Of a stretch of DNA of 64,000 nt, positions 1-12,940 are shown piece after piece. A program made the translations under genes and the position numbers. A model generated the notes under the pieces. The model did not search any database, was not told the DNA's origin, and was given only the letters and a program-made list of their open reading frames with translations. This DNA is from Octopus bimaculoides (lineage: Eukaryota): positions 16,021,939 to 16,085,938 of the forward strand of contig NC_069001.1 in NCBI RefSeq assembly GCF_001194135.2. The letters are read 5' to 3'. The first letter of the stretch is position 1. The number at the start of each line of letters is the position of its first letter.

Positions 1-504
1 TATCCAAGGCCCCAAATGAACCCGTATCAAGGCAAGAAGCTCAAAAGAGGGCAGCAGTGTTGAACTCCCTCCTTCACCAAAAGCCAATCGCATAAGATTG
101 ACCATTGAAAAGGTAATTACACTGGCAGTGCTCCAGCATGGCCACAGCCTTAGGGCTGAAACTTAAAAAAGAATATATATATATATATATATATATATGG
201 GAGAATATACAAATAATAACAACAGACGAGGACAGGTGGTGTAAATAACAAAAGTATATATTAGTATGACGCTCGGGAATACGATATATATATATATATA
301 TATATATAAAATCAAAATAGGCAGCAGTTTGCAATGCTTTACTAAAAAGGAAAGCTATAATTGTCACTAAACATGACTAGGATATTAGAAACACTTACAT
401 TGCTAGAAATAAGAGCTAAAATGCTCTAATACTGTAGTCAAAGCACATAATTGTATACATATTTACAGACAGGGACTATAATCGTCTGAGAACACCGTCC
501 GAGG

Positions 505-559
505 ATCCCTTATGCTGAGTTCAGTTTTGGCAATTCCCATTGCCTCATCAGTAAGAAAT
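505..559 (-). ncRNA. Degenerate type I hammerhead ribozyme (G12A, U16.1C)
   Basis: AUUUCUUA-CUGAUGA-GGCAAU(GGGA)AUUGCC-AAAA-CUG(AACU)CAG-CA-UAAGGGAU; all three stems pair. Confidence 0.7.
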
Positions 560-610
560 GGCTCTACTTTGGCAGATTTCAGACTTAATTCTCTCTCTGT
601 ATTCTTTTAT

Positions 611-969
611 TCTTTTACTTGTTTCAGTCATTTGACTGTGGCCATGCTGGAGCACTGCCTTTAGTCAAACAAATCAACCTCAGGACTTATTCTTTGTAAG
701 CCTAGTACTTAATCCATTGGTCTCTTTTGCCAAACCGCTATGTTACAGGGACCTAAACACACTAACTTCAGCTGTAAAGCGATGGTGGCGGGGACAAACA
801 CACACACACACACACACAACGGGCTTCTTTCATTTTCCGTCTACTAAATCTGCTCACAAGGCTTTGGTCGGCCCAAGGCTATAATAGAAGACACTTGCCC
901 AAGGTGCCACACTGGGACTGAACCTGGAACCCTGTTTTTTCGGGAGCAAGCTTCTTACCACACAGCCAC
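611..969 (-). mobile_element. SINE family A copy (others at 1118-1497+, 6290-6690-, 16047-16432+, 17046-17347-, 20435-20810-, 31868-32278+, 32630-33005-, 51462-51800+)
   Basis: Sequence similarity among the copies. Confidence 0.8.
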
Positions 970-1596
970 ATATATATGTTTTCATCATGGAAATCTATGG
1001 ATGATTTAACGAATCATTATTGTGTATACATAAAATTAAAATTGACAGCAATTTGCAAGGTTTTACCAAAAAAGGAAACTAGAATTGTCACTTAATGTGA
1101 CTGGGGTATTATGACTATCTGGCTCAGAAGTTTTCTTTCCAACCATAAGGTTTTAGGTTCAAGTCCCCTGCTAAGTACTTTAGGCAAGTGTCTTTAACCA
1201 AACCTTGTAAGTGAATTTAGTAGGCAAATACTGAAAGAAGCCCATTGTATATATGTATATATATGTATGTGTGTGTGTGTATATGTTTATGTGTCTGTGT
1301 TTGTCCCCCCAACATCGCTTGACAACTGATGCTGGTGTGTTTATGTCCCTGTAACTTAGTGGTTCGGCAAAAGAGACCAATAGAATAAGTACTAGGCTTA
1401 CAAAGAATAAGTCCTGGGGTCAATTTGCTCGACTAAAGACGGTGCTCCAGCATGGCCACAGTCAAATGACTGAAACAAGTAAAAGAGTAAAGAGTAAGGT
1501 ACTTAACAGTGGGATTGAACCCAAAATCATGTAGTAGGGAAATGAACTTCTTAACCACAATAGACCTGCCTGTTACAATTTCCATTGTATTTTCAG

Positions 1597-1701
1597 CATG
1601 AAGAAGCTTTGGCAGCAAGAAAAAAATTTGAGTCACCAGAAGGAGATTTCATGACTTATTTAAATATCCTGCGAGCCTACAAAGCTGGCAATAGCAACAA
1701 G
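1597..1701 (+). CDS. DHX33: DHX33-like DEAH-box RNA helicase, internal coding exon (HEEALAARKKFESPEGDFMTYLNILRAYKAGNSNK)
   Basis: tttcag acceptor and gtaagc donor; 105 nt, phase 0/0; peptide fits the HA2-downstream (S-E-G-D-x-x-T-x-L-N) region of DEAH helicases and joins in frame to the exon at 7111. Confidence 0.88.
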
Positions 1702-2269
1702 GTAAGCTAAGCTTTTATTTCTTTTGATACCAAACCATTGAGATAATCACTTCTAGTTCTTATCTTCCAAAACCAATGAGATAATCCAATGAGATAATCA
1801 CTTCTAGTTCTTATCTTCCAAAACTTCTCATTTTAATGTGTGAGTATTTAAATTAAAAATCAGTCTATGATAATAATGTGGGAAACCTTTTGTTAAGGTA
1901 ATGTCTTAAATACCAGCTTAACTCTTTTGGTACCAACCCTTCTATAACTACCATTTGATTCTGTAATCCAACATGGTGACATCTATATCAGTGTTTCTCA
2001 ACAATTTTAGTCTCATGCCCCACTTTGAATTTTGGAAAACACGTGCACACATTGAACAAAGTGTGCATGAGCAATTTTGGATCAAAGGTCTCCATGGTGT
2101 GAGAGTTGTAAGAGAGAACAGAAAGCAGATTATTTGTAGAAACACCGACCACTTGAGAGTTTTCTGCCCTCATCTCCTTTGTCAGTGTCCTTGACAAAAC
2201 ATTGAAACTCAACTTGTCAAACTGTGTTAGGTGTGCATTCAATATCAGTGTGCCTGTGTGACAGGGTAT

Positions 2270-2765
2270 TGGTGTATTGAGAGAGAAGTTGGATGTAAGA
2301 GGAATTAGATGCAGTGTGCAAGAGAGGAGACTGGACTGGATGAAGACAGTTGCATAAAGAAGTGCTGATCACTTAAAAGTGGAGGGAAGTTGTAGAAGGG
2401 GGAGATGCAGAAAGACATGGGATGATGTATTGAAGGCCAATTTCAAAATGCTAAACCTTACAAAGGAGATGACAGAGGATCAAGATAGGTGGCGCATTGC
2501 TATACTTGATAAGACCCATCCACCACAACGAATTTGAGATCCTAAAAACAAAGGTGCCATGTAAAAAGCATTGGTGTGGGTGCTGGTGCCATATAAAAGA
2601 ACCCAGTACTCTCTGTGGTTGGTGTTAGGAAGGGCACCCAGCCATAGAAACCAAACCAAAACAGACTATGGAACCTGGTGCAGCTCCTGGCTTTGCTAAT
2701 TCCTGTCATGCCATCCAACTCATTCTAGCATGGAAAACGGATATTAAATGTTGATGATGATGATT
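2270..2765 (+). mobile_element. RTE LINE 3' end with (GAT)n tail
   Basis: VEGSCRRGRCRKTWDDV peptide followed by the ggaaaacggatattaaatg(atg)n tail shared with many copies. Confidence 0.65.
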
Positions 2766-4029
2766 TGTATGTATGTATATGTGTATTTCTATTTAAATTA
2801 ACAGCTTCCATGATAAGCTTTGGTTATGTTCCAAAAATCAGTTTAATCCTTTCGATATCATAATGAAATACACTCCCTTTGTTCTGTTTATTTCAAAATT
2901 AATGAAGAATTTAATGAAATAAGCTTCACCATTATTAAGTCGATATATAGGGTTTAAATCAACATGGAATTTTGACAAGTTTTAATTTAGATCACTTTGA
3001 AACAAGACAAGTAGGCTAGAGGTTTAGGTATTGCTCTCACAATCATAAGATTGTGATTTCAATTCCTGGATCATGCAGTGTATTGTGTTCTTGAGCAGAA
3101 CACTTCAGACCCCTGCCCTAGACCACTCGGTTGACGATGGACTGGCATCTTATTCAGGAGAGTATTGAAATCTCAGTCACTTATTCATCATAGAAACCTG
3201 GTTAACCAGGTTTAAGTTTCAGCCTTTTGAGTGCTAAAGCACTTTACAAACCTAAAAAAAGAAGAAACCAAAGAAAAGAAAAACTCAGTTTATGTCATAA
3301 AACCAGGAGTGGCAACAGGTTAGAGTTGGTATCGAAAAGGGTTGACTTAGAAATAAATATACAAAGCTAGTTAGTCTCTTAAATGCAGTTTTCTTGACTA
3401 TTTTCACTTATTAATAGAACCACACACATCCGTTGTGTATTTCATTAGAAGACTCATTATGAAAGAGATAACATATTTCAGATGTCAGTTTTAATGGTTA
3501 AATATCCAATTGTCTAAGAACACTGATTCACAAGATCAGAATATTTCTAGTTATTATCCTCGTCTTTAGAAATGCTACAATTCTCCATATCCATTTCCAA
3601 GGATCGTTTTTTAAAAGCCTCAACATTCTTTCTTATTGCCCACACGACATCAAGGAGATTTTGGTTTTGTTTCTCTGTTTATATATTTATTTATTTATTC
3701 ATTCGTTTTCTTTCTTTCATCTCCTCAATACTAAAAGAGATCTATCCAAAAATGGAGCATTATTCTTGTATCTCTCATTTACTGGCACCACAGACTGCAT
3801 TCAGAGGAAAACCATATGCCAAACTCCTTCGCTTTTCTCTCTCTGATAGTTTCCAGAGTCTGAGCTGCCATTCAGCTGTGTCATAATAATGGCTCTTCAC
3901 AACAGGCTGAACTTACAATCAAGTGTAATAGCACTTCTCTATTCTGTATTCTTAGTAATGTTGATTATTTCTTGTTAACTTGGAGAAAACTTACCTGCTA
4001 AAGCATTCATGCTATTATAAACAGCCCCA

Positions 4030-4400
4030 CTCTCTCTCTCTCTCTCTCTGTTTATCTTTCTTTTTATCTTGCTCTTTGTCTCTTTTTTTCTCTCTATTAT
4101 GCTTCTGCCCTCTTTCTTTCTATCTCTACTCTTGCTTCTACACTATTTTTTTTGTCTGTCTATCTTTCTTTTTTATCTTTCTCTCCCGCTTTCCATCTTT
4201 TTCTTCTTATCTCTCCATCACACTCTCTCTCTTTCTACCTCTCTGTCTTTCTTTCTTTTAATCTCTATTCCTGTCTCTACACCCGCTATTTCTTTGTCTA
4301 TCTATCTTTCTACCTCTTCACCCACTATCTCTCTTGCCATCTTCCCTCTACTAAACTTACATTTTCAATATAAATTATTCTTCTCTCTTATTGTTTCTCA
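4030..4400. repeat. Pyrimidine-rich (CT) low-complexity tract
   Basis: Degenerate (CT)n/(CTTT)n; a purine-rich counterpart lies at ~45570-46030. Confidence 0.8.
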
Positions 4401-4737
4401 ATCTCAGAAATTGCCCCATCTTTGTTGGTCACCTCTAATAAAACCTTCACAGAACAGAGACCTACTTCGATATTTACCCTCCTACCTGCTTGCTAGCTTC
4501 CTTGCTTGCTTGTTAGCTCTTGGTATTCTTTTCTTCTTTTCCTGCTTAATTTATTGTTCAGCCTTCTGACGTGAGTTTTCCTTCTCTATGACTGCAGTAC
4601 ACGGGAATCTATCCAAATATAGTCTTCATTTTACTTTCATATTTATCTAGCGCCAAACCACCTGTTTTTCTCTCAAAGCCTGTTAGCATTAGGTAGTGTA
4701 TTACCATGTTGTCCTGATACTGATACAGGAGAGCCAC

Positions 4738-4777
<40 letters not shown>

Positions 4778-5398
4778 GTTGTTGTTGTTGTTGTTCGTAG
4801 AATCGTAATTGGTTAACAGAAATGTTAAGGTGTTGCCAAGGTCAACTTTGCCGTATATCCTTTCAGGGGTTAATTATAAAAAGTACCAGTTGAGTACTGA
4901 GGTTGATGTAATTAACTACTCGTTTCCTAATTGCTGGTCTTGTGCCAAAATTTGAAACAACTATTTTTATCGTTGTTGTTATTATTATTGTTGTTGTTGT
5001 AATCTGTTTTGATAAACGTACAATAAACAATTTTTGTTTGTTAAAACAATGTTTTTAAACTGTCTGTCTGACACCAACCCTCTTGAGACTGCCTCTAGTT
5101 TTAGGATACAAAACCAACCAGCCTTAGAATGTTTAATTTAAAAATTAGTATCAACCATTATAATCTCTGTTCAAAAAAGATTTTCTTTTATTATTTTGTG
5201 TTCCCTAAACATCAGCTTACTAATGGAAGAGTTAGCCATGCATCAGTGCAAGCAGGACTGCATGATGATGGAGTTTACTTTACAACTGCATGGTCGTGGG
5301 CTTGATGCTGCTGTGTGGCACCTTGGGTAAGATTCATATACCACAGGATCAGGTCAATCAAAACATTTGAAAATTCACTGGACAGAAAACATATGGAA

Positions 5399-5635
5399 TC
5401 AAAAGGCGGTGAGCTGGCAGAAACGTTAACACACCAGGCAAAATGCTGAGCAGTATTTTGTCTGCTGTTACGTTCTGAGTTCAAATTCTGCCGAGGTCGA
5501 CTTTGCCTTTCATCCTTTCGGGGTCGATAAATTAAGTACCAGTTATGCACTGGGGTCGATGTAATCGACTTAATTCTTTTGTCTGTTCTTGTTTGTCCCC
5601 TCTATGTTTAGCCCCTAGTGGACAATAAAGAAATA
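5399..5635 (+). mobile_element. tRNA-derived SINE family B with LINE-like tail and 15-bp TSD
   Basis: A-box-like gagctggcaga and B-box gagttcaaattc; TSD AGAAAACATATGGAA at 5384-5398 and 5636-5650; other family B copies at 14896-15100, 39260-39470, 47500-47930. Confidence 0.85.
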
Positions 5636-7110
5636 AGAAAACATATGGAAGCCCGTGTGTGTGTAACCACATGATTTTGGGTTCAGTCCCACTGCATGGC
5701 ACCTAGTGCGAATGTTGATCACTCACATGCCATGGGAACTAGCTCTGTGAAGTCCTATGATTGAAGACAGTAAAGTCCAGGGAACTTCTGTTTCAAAACC
5801 AGCACACAGTTATTTTACTATCTTAAGTAGCCCTGTGTGGCTAATAAAAGAAAGTTATCTTAAGTGTATGTCAACTGAAATATGGTAACAGAATGGTTGA
5901 CACTTTTGTGAGAGGCTGTGTAAGTTTTCATGGTGTTGGAAAATATTTCTCCAGAACAGGATGTCAGTCTGTCACAGAATTTCTCACTTACAGCTGAGTG
6001 AACTGTAGCAATATTAAAATGAAGTGTTATGCTCAAGAACACAATGCACCACCCAGCCTGAGGATTGAAACCATGGTCTTGCAGTGGTTGCAAGTCCAAC
6101 ACTTTAACCATTAGGCCATGTGCCTTCACCTTTGGAACATAAATTAACATGAAAATTTGATGGAAGGTTTTTATATGCCTATGGACCCCTTTGATTCCTG
6201 TCTTACTCTCCTGGACTTCCATAGCCATGAGGTATAAAAAAAAATTCTGTATTTTTATAATTAAATATCATTAGGAACTGTCTTTTATCTTTTGCTTGTT
6301 TCAGTTATGAAACTGTGACCATGCTGGAGCAGTACCTTGAAAATTTTTAGTTGAATGAATCAACCCTAGTACTTATTTTTTAAAGCCTGGTATTTATTCT
6401 ATCAGTTGTTTTTGCCAAACTGCTAAGTTATGGGGACGTAAACACAACACTGGTTGTCAAGCAGTGGCGGGGAACAAACACAGACACAAAGACTCTCGCT
6501 CTGTCACACACACACATGCACATATGTATGATGGGCTTCTTTCAGTTTCTGTTTACCAAACCCATTCACAGGGCTTTGGTTGGCCCAAAGCTATATTGGA
6601 GGACACTTGCCCAAGGTGCCACGCAGTGGGACTGAACCCAAAACCATGTGCTAGTGAAGCAAACTTCTTACTATGCAGCCATGCCTGTGCATATTGTATA
6701 AAAATTAAAAAAAAATATTTTGTGTATTGTAGAAGTAAAAGCAGTTTACTGCACATAAATTTTAACAACAAAATCTTATATGAACCCTCAAGGGCCATAT
6801 GGAAGGACCCTGGTTGAGAATCACTGATTTAGATCATCATCATCTTAAAAAAGCAAGTTTGTATCATAGCACCCAAGAATAGTCTCAGACAGGTTGGTAT
6901 CAGGTTAAGTTTCATTCTATTTTATAATTGCTTTCATAAAATATATATATTAGTGACAAAGTCAGTACTAATACCAGAAAGTAATACTATATTTTTTTAA
7001 CAGGACATCCACATTTAAGTGGGGGATAAATATTACCTCTCACTTTTTTTTATAATTTTCAGTCACAATTTGTTTGAAAATATTCAATTTGTTGAATTAT
7101 TCTATTTTAG

Positions 7111-7247
7111 AAATGGTGCCGAGAAAATTTTGTGAATTCAAAAAATGCTCAGATGGCATTAGATGTACGTAAGCAGCTACGTACAATCTGTATGGACCAA
7201 TCGTTTCAGATAAACTCCTCCGTCAGAGATTCATCAGCAGCAGTCAG
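7111..7247 (+). CDS. DHX33: DHX33-like coding exon (KWCRENFVNSKNAQMALDVRKQLRTICMDQSFQINSSVRDSSAAVR)
   Basis: ttttag acceptor and gtttga donor; 137 nt, ends in phase 2; WCxENFVNSKN and VRxQLRxIC motifs as recalled for DHX33. Confidence 0.9.
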
Positions 7248-7345
7248 GTTTGACTCTATATTTAATTTTTCACTTTTTATTTCTATTTTTAATCTTTCAT
7301 TTTGCACACACAATTAATCTCCCCCTATCATCTACACCAGGTGTG

Positions 7346-7452
<107 letters not shown>

Positions 7453-7651
7453 ATGTGTGTGCTGAAGATAAATCACATTTACTTCATTTCCTTTCTATTT
7501 AGGTACACACGTCAGTTCGAGTCATTAATAGTAATAATGGTGGTGGTAGCGGTTTCTAATTTTAGGTACAAAGCCAGCAATTCTGGAGTAGGGGCGATGC
7601 TTCTACCAATCCAGAATCCTAATAATAATTGTAGTAGTGGTAGTAGTTGTA

Positions 7652-8135
7652 ATTTTTTTATTCGTCACAAGGGCTTAAAAGGAAAGAGAGAGGAACTATT
7701 CAAAAGGAGAGGATATAATATTGTGAAGGATTTGCATAAAATATGTTAAGATAGAATAACAAAAACAAGAAATAACAACAAAATAACAGTTAAAATCCCC
7801 AGTTTGAGAGGAGGCCAGTCAAGGAAAACCCCTAACATAACCTGGTTTAACTTGGATTATCTTGACCAGCAACAGCAAGTGCCCCTCTCCAATTTGTTGT
7901 TTTCCTTTGCATGCTCAAAGTAGGCCCATTCACTCAGGGGCACTTACACCCACCCTTCAAGAAATTTATTGTGTAGCACCTCTCTCTCTATTCCCACCTT
8001 CCTTTCTAAGCGCATTTCAAAAATGTTGATAAGGACAGAGCTGAAGAGGAGGCAAGCTTCTGTCCTCATACATTTCAGTCTTGTCCTCCATACAAACTCT
8101 TTCATCTTAGCCACCAGGTAGAGGAAAATTGCCTG
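7652..8135 (-). mobile_element. Older Tx1/L1-like LINE 3' fragment
   Basis: - strand peptide LVAKMKEFVWRTRLK...LERKVGIERE aligns by eye with VVAIVREVIWRTRMK...LKWKIEL of the 26.7-kb copy; similar 3' tail cccttgtgacgaataaa. Confidence 0.6.
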
Positions 8136-9292
8136 ACCTTTCCAGCCAAAGAAAGGTGATAGATGATGCTTACATTCGTCACTATCATCAGTGTTTTAAC
8201 ATCCACTTTTCCATGAATTCATGAGTGATACAGAATTCAATGAGGCAGATTTTTCTATGGCTGTTGCTTATGTATTTGCTTTGCAAGATTCCTGATGGGA
8301 AATTATGTGTCAAAATATCCCCAAATATAACAAAATATATATGTGTGTGTATGTATATACTTATATATAAAAATATATAAAGCAAGAAGATGGAAAGACC
8401 AGGCTTTAATTGCAAATCACAACAATTGTTTCTGTGCAATAGTGACAACTGTTGCTGAGATTTCCATAACATACTACTACATAAATTATTATATAAAAAT
8501 AATTACATAAATAACCATGATCCAGCAGCAGCTGTCTACCAGCACATTATCAGGTGAGTGGCTTTGAAAGCACTGCTGGATCATGTTCAGTTTCCCCATC
8601 CCTTTGTATTATTAACATTCTCTCTAATACCAACAAAAAGGAAAAAAAAACAGGTCCAGAACTGGGTGTAGAAGGAAAAAACAAAATTGTATACACCTAG
8701 AAGGCTATATACACAAAAATCATATTCACAAAACCATGTGCACCTAGAAAACCTAGAATTAATCTTAAGGACTAGGAAAGTAATTTTCATTGATTCAATG
8801 AGTAGATGAATCCTTTAGCATTTAAACTGACCATATCTGGCCAAAATACTCTACCTGTTTTATGTTCAAACTGGCCAGGTTTTGTTTCTCACAAGATCAT
8901 TCTAAAAAATTAACAATTCATCATTATTATCATGTCTGTTTATATAGGCATGATACTCTTTTCCTTGTAGAAAAAAATGTTGGGTAAGTATCTTCTACTG
9001 TAGCCTTTGGTTGCCCAAAGCCTTGTGAGTGGATTTGGTAGATGGAAACTGAAAGAAGCCTGTTGTATATGTATATATGTATGTATCTTTGTGTGTGTGT
9101 TTTTGTGTCCCCATAACATAGCGGTTTGCCAAAAGAAACCAATAGGATAAGTCCTCGGCTTAAGAAGTAAATCCTGGGGTCGATTTCTCTGACTAAAACC
9201 CTTCAAGGCAGTGCTTCAGCATGGCCACAGTCAAATGACTGAAACAAATAAAAGAATATATATATATGCACACACACACACACACACAGGTT

Positions 9293-9390
9293 CTATTCAT
9301 TAAAGCCCCCACCCCTCAAATCTTCGCAAACTGTTACTCAGAGTTTCACGTGACCATTTGTCAGACAATTTTTCTAGCTTTAATAAATAG
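9293..9390. mobile_element. Possible ~100-bp MITE
   Basis: 14-bp inverted termini ctattcattaaagc / gctttaataaatag (1 mismatch). Confidence 0.4.
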
Positions 9391-9479
9391 TATATTACTC
9401 TACCTTTGGTAATTGACTACTATTTTTCCACCTTATTTTGCATGTATGTGCTTACTTGTGTGTGTGTAATTGGCTCCCA

Positions 9480-9730
9480 TGCAGGTGGAATGTAAAAAAT
9501 ACCTTTTGAGTGAGTCCGTTGCCAGTACCGTGCAACTGGCCCTCGTGCCGGTGGCACGTAAAAGCACCAACTACACTCTCGGAGTGGTTGGCATTAGGAA
9601 GGGCATCCAGCTGTAGAAACTCTGCCAGATCAGATTGGAGCCTGGTGCAGCCATCCAGTTCACCAGTCCTCAGTCAAATCGTCCAACCCATGCTAGCATG
9701 GAAAGCGGACGTTAAACGATGATGATGATA
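9480..9730 (+). mobile_element. RTE-tail SINE/LINE 3' end (family also at 10725-10880, 12140-12510, 42005-42130, 52130-52300, 62440-62650)
   Basis: Near-identical copies ending in gttaaacgatgatgatg. Confidence 0.7.
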
Positions 9731-10520
9731 TACATAACAGAGAAATATAAGCAATGTTCCAAAAAAAAAACGCGTTTTGTAAATCTCTGCTTTCAAACAA
9801 AATACATAGACAGTTTCTTGTCACTTTTACCATCACAGTGAACCAGTAATTAGCCAATTAGAAGTCTGCAAGCATTGACATGTTTTGAATGATGCAGTTT
9901 TAGGTACACTATAATAGTCCTGATAAAAAAATGTCAGGATGGTCACAGATAGAATGTCTTTGATCATATAACAGCTCAGTGAAGACTGGCCCAGTGCCAA
10001 AAAAACAATAATTTGCATTTTCCATCGTCAGCATTTAACTTCCACTATTCCACTGTTCCTTCCTAGAATGGTTCATTAGAATTTGTTGAGGAACATTTTC
10101 TACTGCAGGATGCTCTTACTGTTGTCAACCCTTGCCTTGTTTCCAAGCAAGGTTATATTTCACCATGTTTTTACCGAAGGATGGATGTAGACAACACTGC
10201 TTGTACTTTGGTGACATTCATTTTGCAGCCATCATGCAATGTCAAGAACAAGGAGACACAAACCACCCCACCTACCCACACACATACATATGTTTTATCA
10301 TTTACTTGTTTAAGTCATTGGACTGCAGCCATGCTGGAGCACTGCCTTGAAGAAATTTTAGTCAAATGAATCAACCCCAGTACTAATCTTTTTTTAAGCC
10401 TGGCACTTATTCTGTTAGTCTTCTGCCAAACCACTAAGTAATGGGGGACATAAACACACCAACACCGGTTGTCAAGCAGTAGTAGGGGACAAACACACAC
10501 ACACACACACATATATATAT

Positions 10521-10555
<35 letters not shown>

Positions 10556-10562
10556 CATATAG

Positions 10563-10603
<41 letters not shown>

Positions 10604-11592
10604 NNNNNNNNNNNNNNNNNNNNNNNNNNNNNNNNNNNNNNNNNNNNNNNNNNNNNNNNNNNNNNNNNNNNNNNNNNNNNNNNNNNNNNNNNNNNNNNNN
10701 NNNNNNNNNNNNNTATATATCATCATCATCATCATCGTTTAACGTCTGCTTTCAATGCTAGCATGGGTTGGACGATTTGACTGAGGACTGGTGAACCAGA
10801 TGGCTGCACCAGGCTCCAATCTGATTTGGCAGAGTTTTTACAGCTGGATGCCCTTCCTAACACCAACCATTCCGAGAGTGTAGGTATATATATATATATG
10901 TGTGTGTGATCCATCTCAGCCTGCCATAAATCTATTCTAATAGCAACATGGGTCACTGATGATGTAGACTGTAAAAGAATCTTGAATATTTCCAGAAACT
11001 GCTCCCCATTATTTAGAGCTAATGGCCATTTGAGATTTGTCTCAGGCAACAAAAGAAAGTGAAAAGGTTGACATCCAAGAAGAGCTCTTGGCAACACACA
11101 GTCCCGTGCAACCTATACTAGCATGGAAAAGCGGAAGTAAAAGCATAACAAAGATAAAGTTTCAGTTGGTGATAAATTTGAAATTGTAAATTTTCTCGGT
11201 TCCAATTCCAGTCTGTTGGTGATATTCCAAAATCAACACAAAAAAGATTATGTTGTGCTGCTAGTGAACAATGTAAGTTTGTTTGGCTCACACCATCTGC
11301 TAGTCACATAATGGTAAACATTTACATTGACACAAATTTCTAGATAAGAATAATGTTGATGTGAAAAACAAAAAAACAACAAAACCACTATTGATATAGA
11401 TGATTGTTATATTATTCAGGCATTGCCCTTCGTGTCACTAACCCATACTTGGTTTTCCAAGTAAAGGACCTCTTATTACACATGTTTTCAAAGGTGTGAA
11501 GCGAGTAGAGGTTTATTGGCAGAACTGATAACAACATTACCAGCTGCAGCTTTTTTGTAATGTGAAAAAAATGTAAACAAACACATGTGCAC

Positions 11593-11681
<89 letters not shown>

Positions 11682-12873
11682 CGTGCTTGCGCCTGATTTG
11701 CTTCTTTCAGTTTCTGTCTGCCAAATTTCCTCATTAGATGAATTCCTGTGTTGCATAATCACACTTTGAAGTTATATTTTGGTGAACTTGTTAGAGTGGA
11801 AAATATTTTAAAATTTCAAACAGTCCAGGTTTTCTTGATCGAAACTCCTCTGATTTATATCTCAAAATTCAATCTGGGGCAACCAACCAATGAATTGAAA
11901 AGGATGGCATTATAATCACTCATGTTTGTCTACACTTTTCAAGGAACTGAAGAAATTTAATGCTTTCCCGTGATTTTGTTGTTTTTCATGATAGAAAAAA
12001 TTATCCTTGTAAGAATAAAGTAACATCTTCATCTTTTAACATCCATTTTCCATACTGGCATGGGTTGGATAATTTGACCAGAGCTGGGTAGCAGCATTAG
12101 GTTTCAGTCTAATTTAATTTGGTTTGGTTTCTTGATCTCATCATCATCATCATCATCATCATTTAACATCCGCTTTCCATGCTAGCATCGGTTGGATGAT
12201 TTGACTGAGGACTGGTGAACCGGATGGCTACACGTGGCTCAATCTGATCTGGCAAAGTTTCTACAGCTGGATGCCCTTCCTAATGCCAACCACTCCGAGA
12301 GTGTAGTGGGTGCTTTTACGTGCCACCGGCATGAGGGCCAGTCACGCGGTACTGGCAACGGCCANNNNNNNNNNCTTTTACGTGCCACCGGCATGAGGGC
12401 CAGTCACGCGGTACTGGCAACGGCCACGCTCAAAATGGTGTTTCTTATGTGCCACCTGCACAGGAGCCAGTCCAGCGGCACTGGCAACGACCTCGCTCGA
12501 ATGACGACCTAATCAAAATTCAACTCACATACTCAAGGGTGTGTGTTGTTAGTTTGTGGGTCGGCTGTGTTTTAGGCATGAGAATATATTCTCAATGCAG
12601 CTGGTGTTGAAAACACCTTGTATATGTGTGTTCAATTTTATTTATATACCTCCAGCTGCATATGTATATTTGTGTGTGTACATACATCTATATATATACA
12701 CACACACACACACATATGCACAATCTTTTGTCTTCCCATTTGTACAAAGCCATATACCAAATCTAAATTTCTGAAACAAAAAATAACATTTTAAAACTAA
12801 AATAGGCTGAAACAATTCAACATCATTAAATCAATCAATGAATAAATATTTTGACTTTTTTTTTGTCTTTTAG

Positions 12874-12940
12874 GAAATGTTTGGTTGCTGGTTTTTTTAT
12901 GAATGCTGCTGAACTTGAGAAAGATGGCAACTATATTACG
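12874..12940 (+). CDS. DHX33: DHX33-like coding exon (KCLVAGFFMNAAELEKDGNYIT)
   Basis: Polypyrimidine tract plus tag acceptor, gtaagg donor; 67 nt; first base completes the AGG Arg codon; start of the DEAH OB-fold domain. Confidence 0.9.

Noticed and set aside
305-385. Diverged ~80-bp repeat also at ~1032-1108
   Set aside because: Probably fragments of a dispersed repeat; too degenerate to classify
3980-4569. Hydrophobic Leu/Ser/Phe-rich ORFs that resemble membrane proteins
   Set aside because: Translation of a CT-rich low-complexity tract
8041-8075. Other CUGANGA hits (8042, 10025, 29716, 33793, 48527, 54313)
   Set aside because: No stem II followed by GAAA, no stems I/III, or inside coding sequence
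12310-12430. Tandem duplication across a 12-N gap
   Set aside because: Identical sequence on both sides of a tiny gap suggests a contig-overlap artefact
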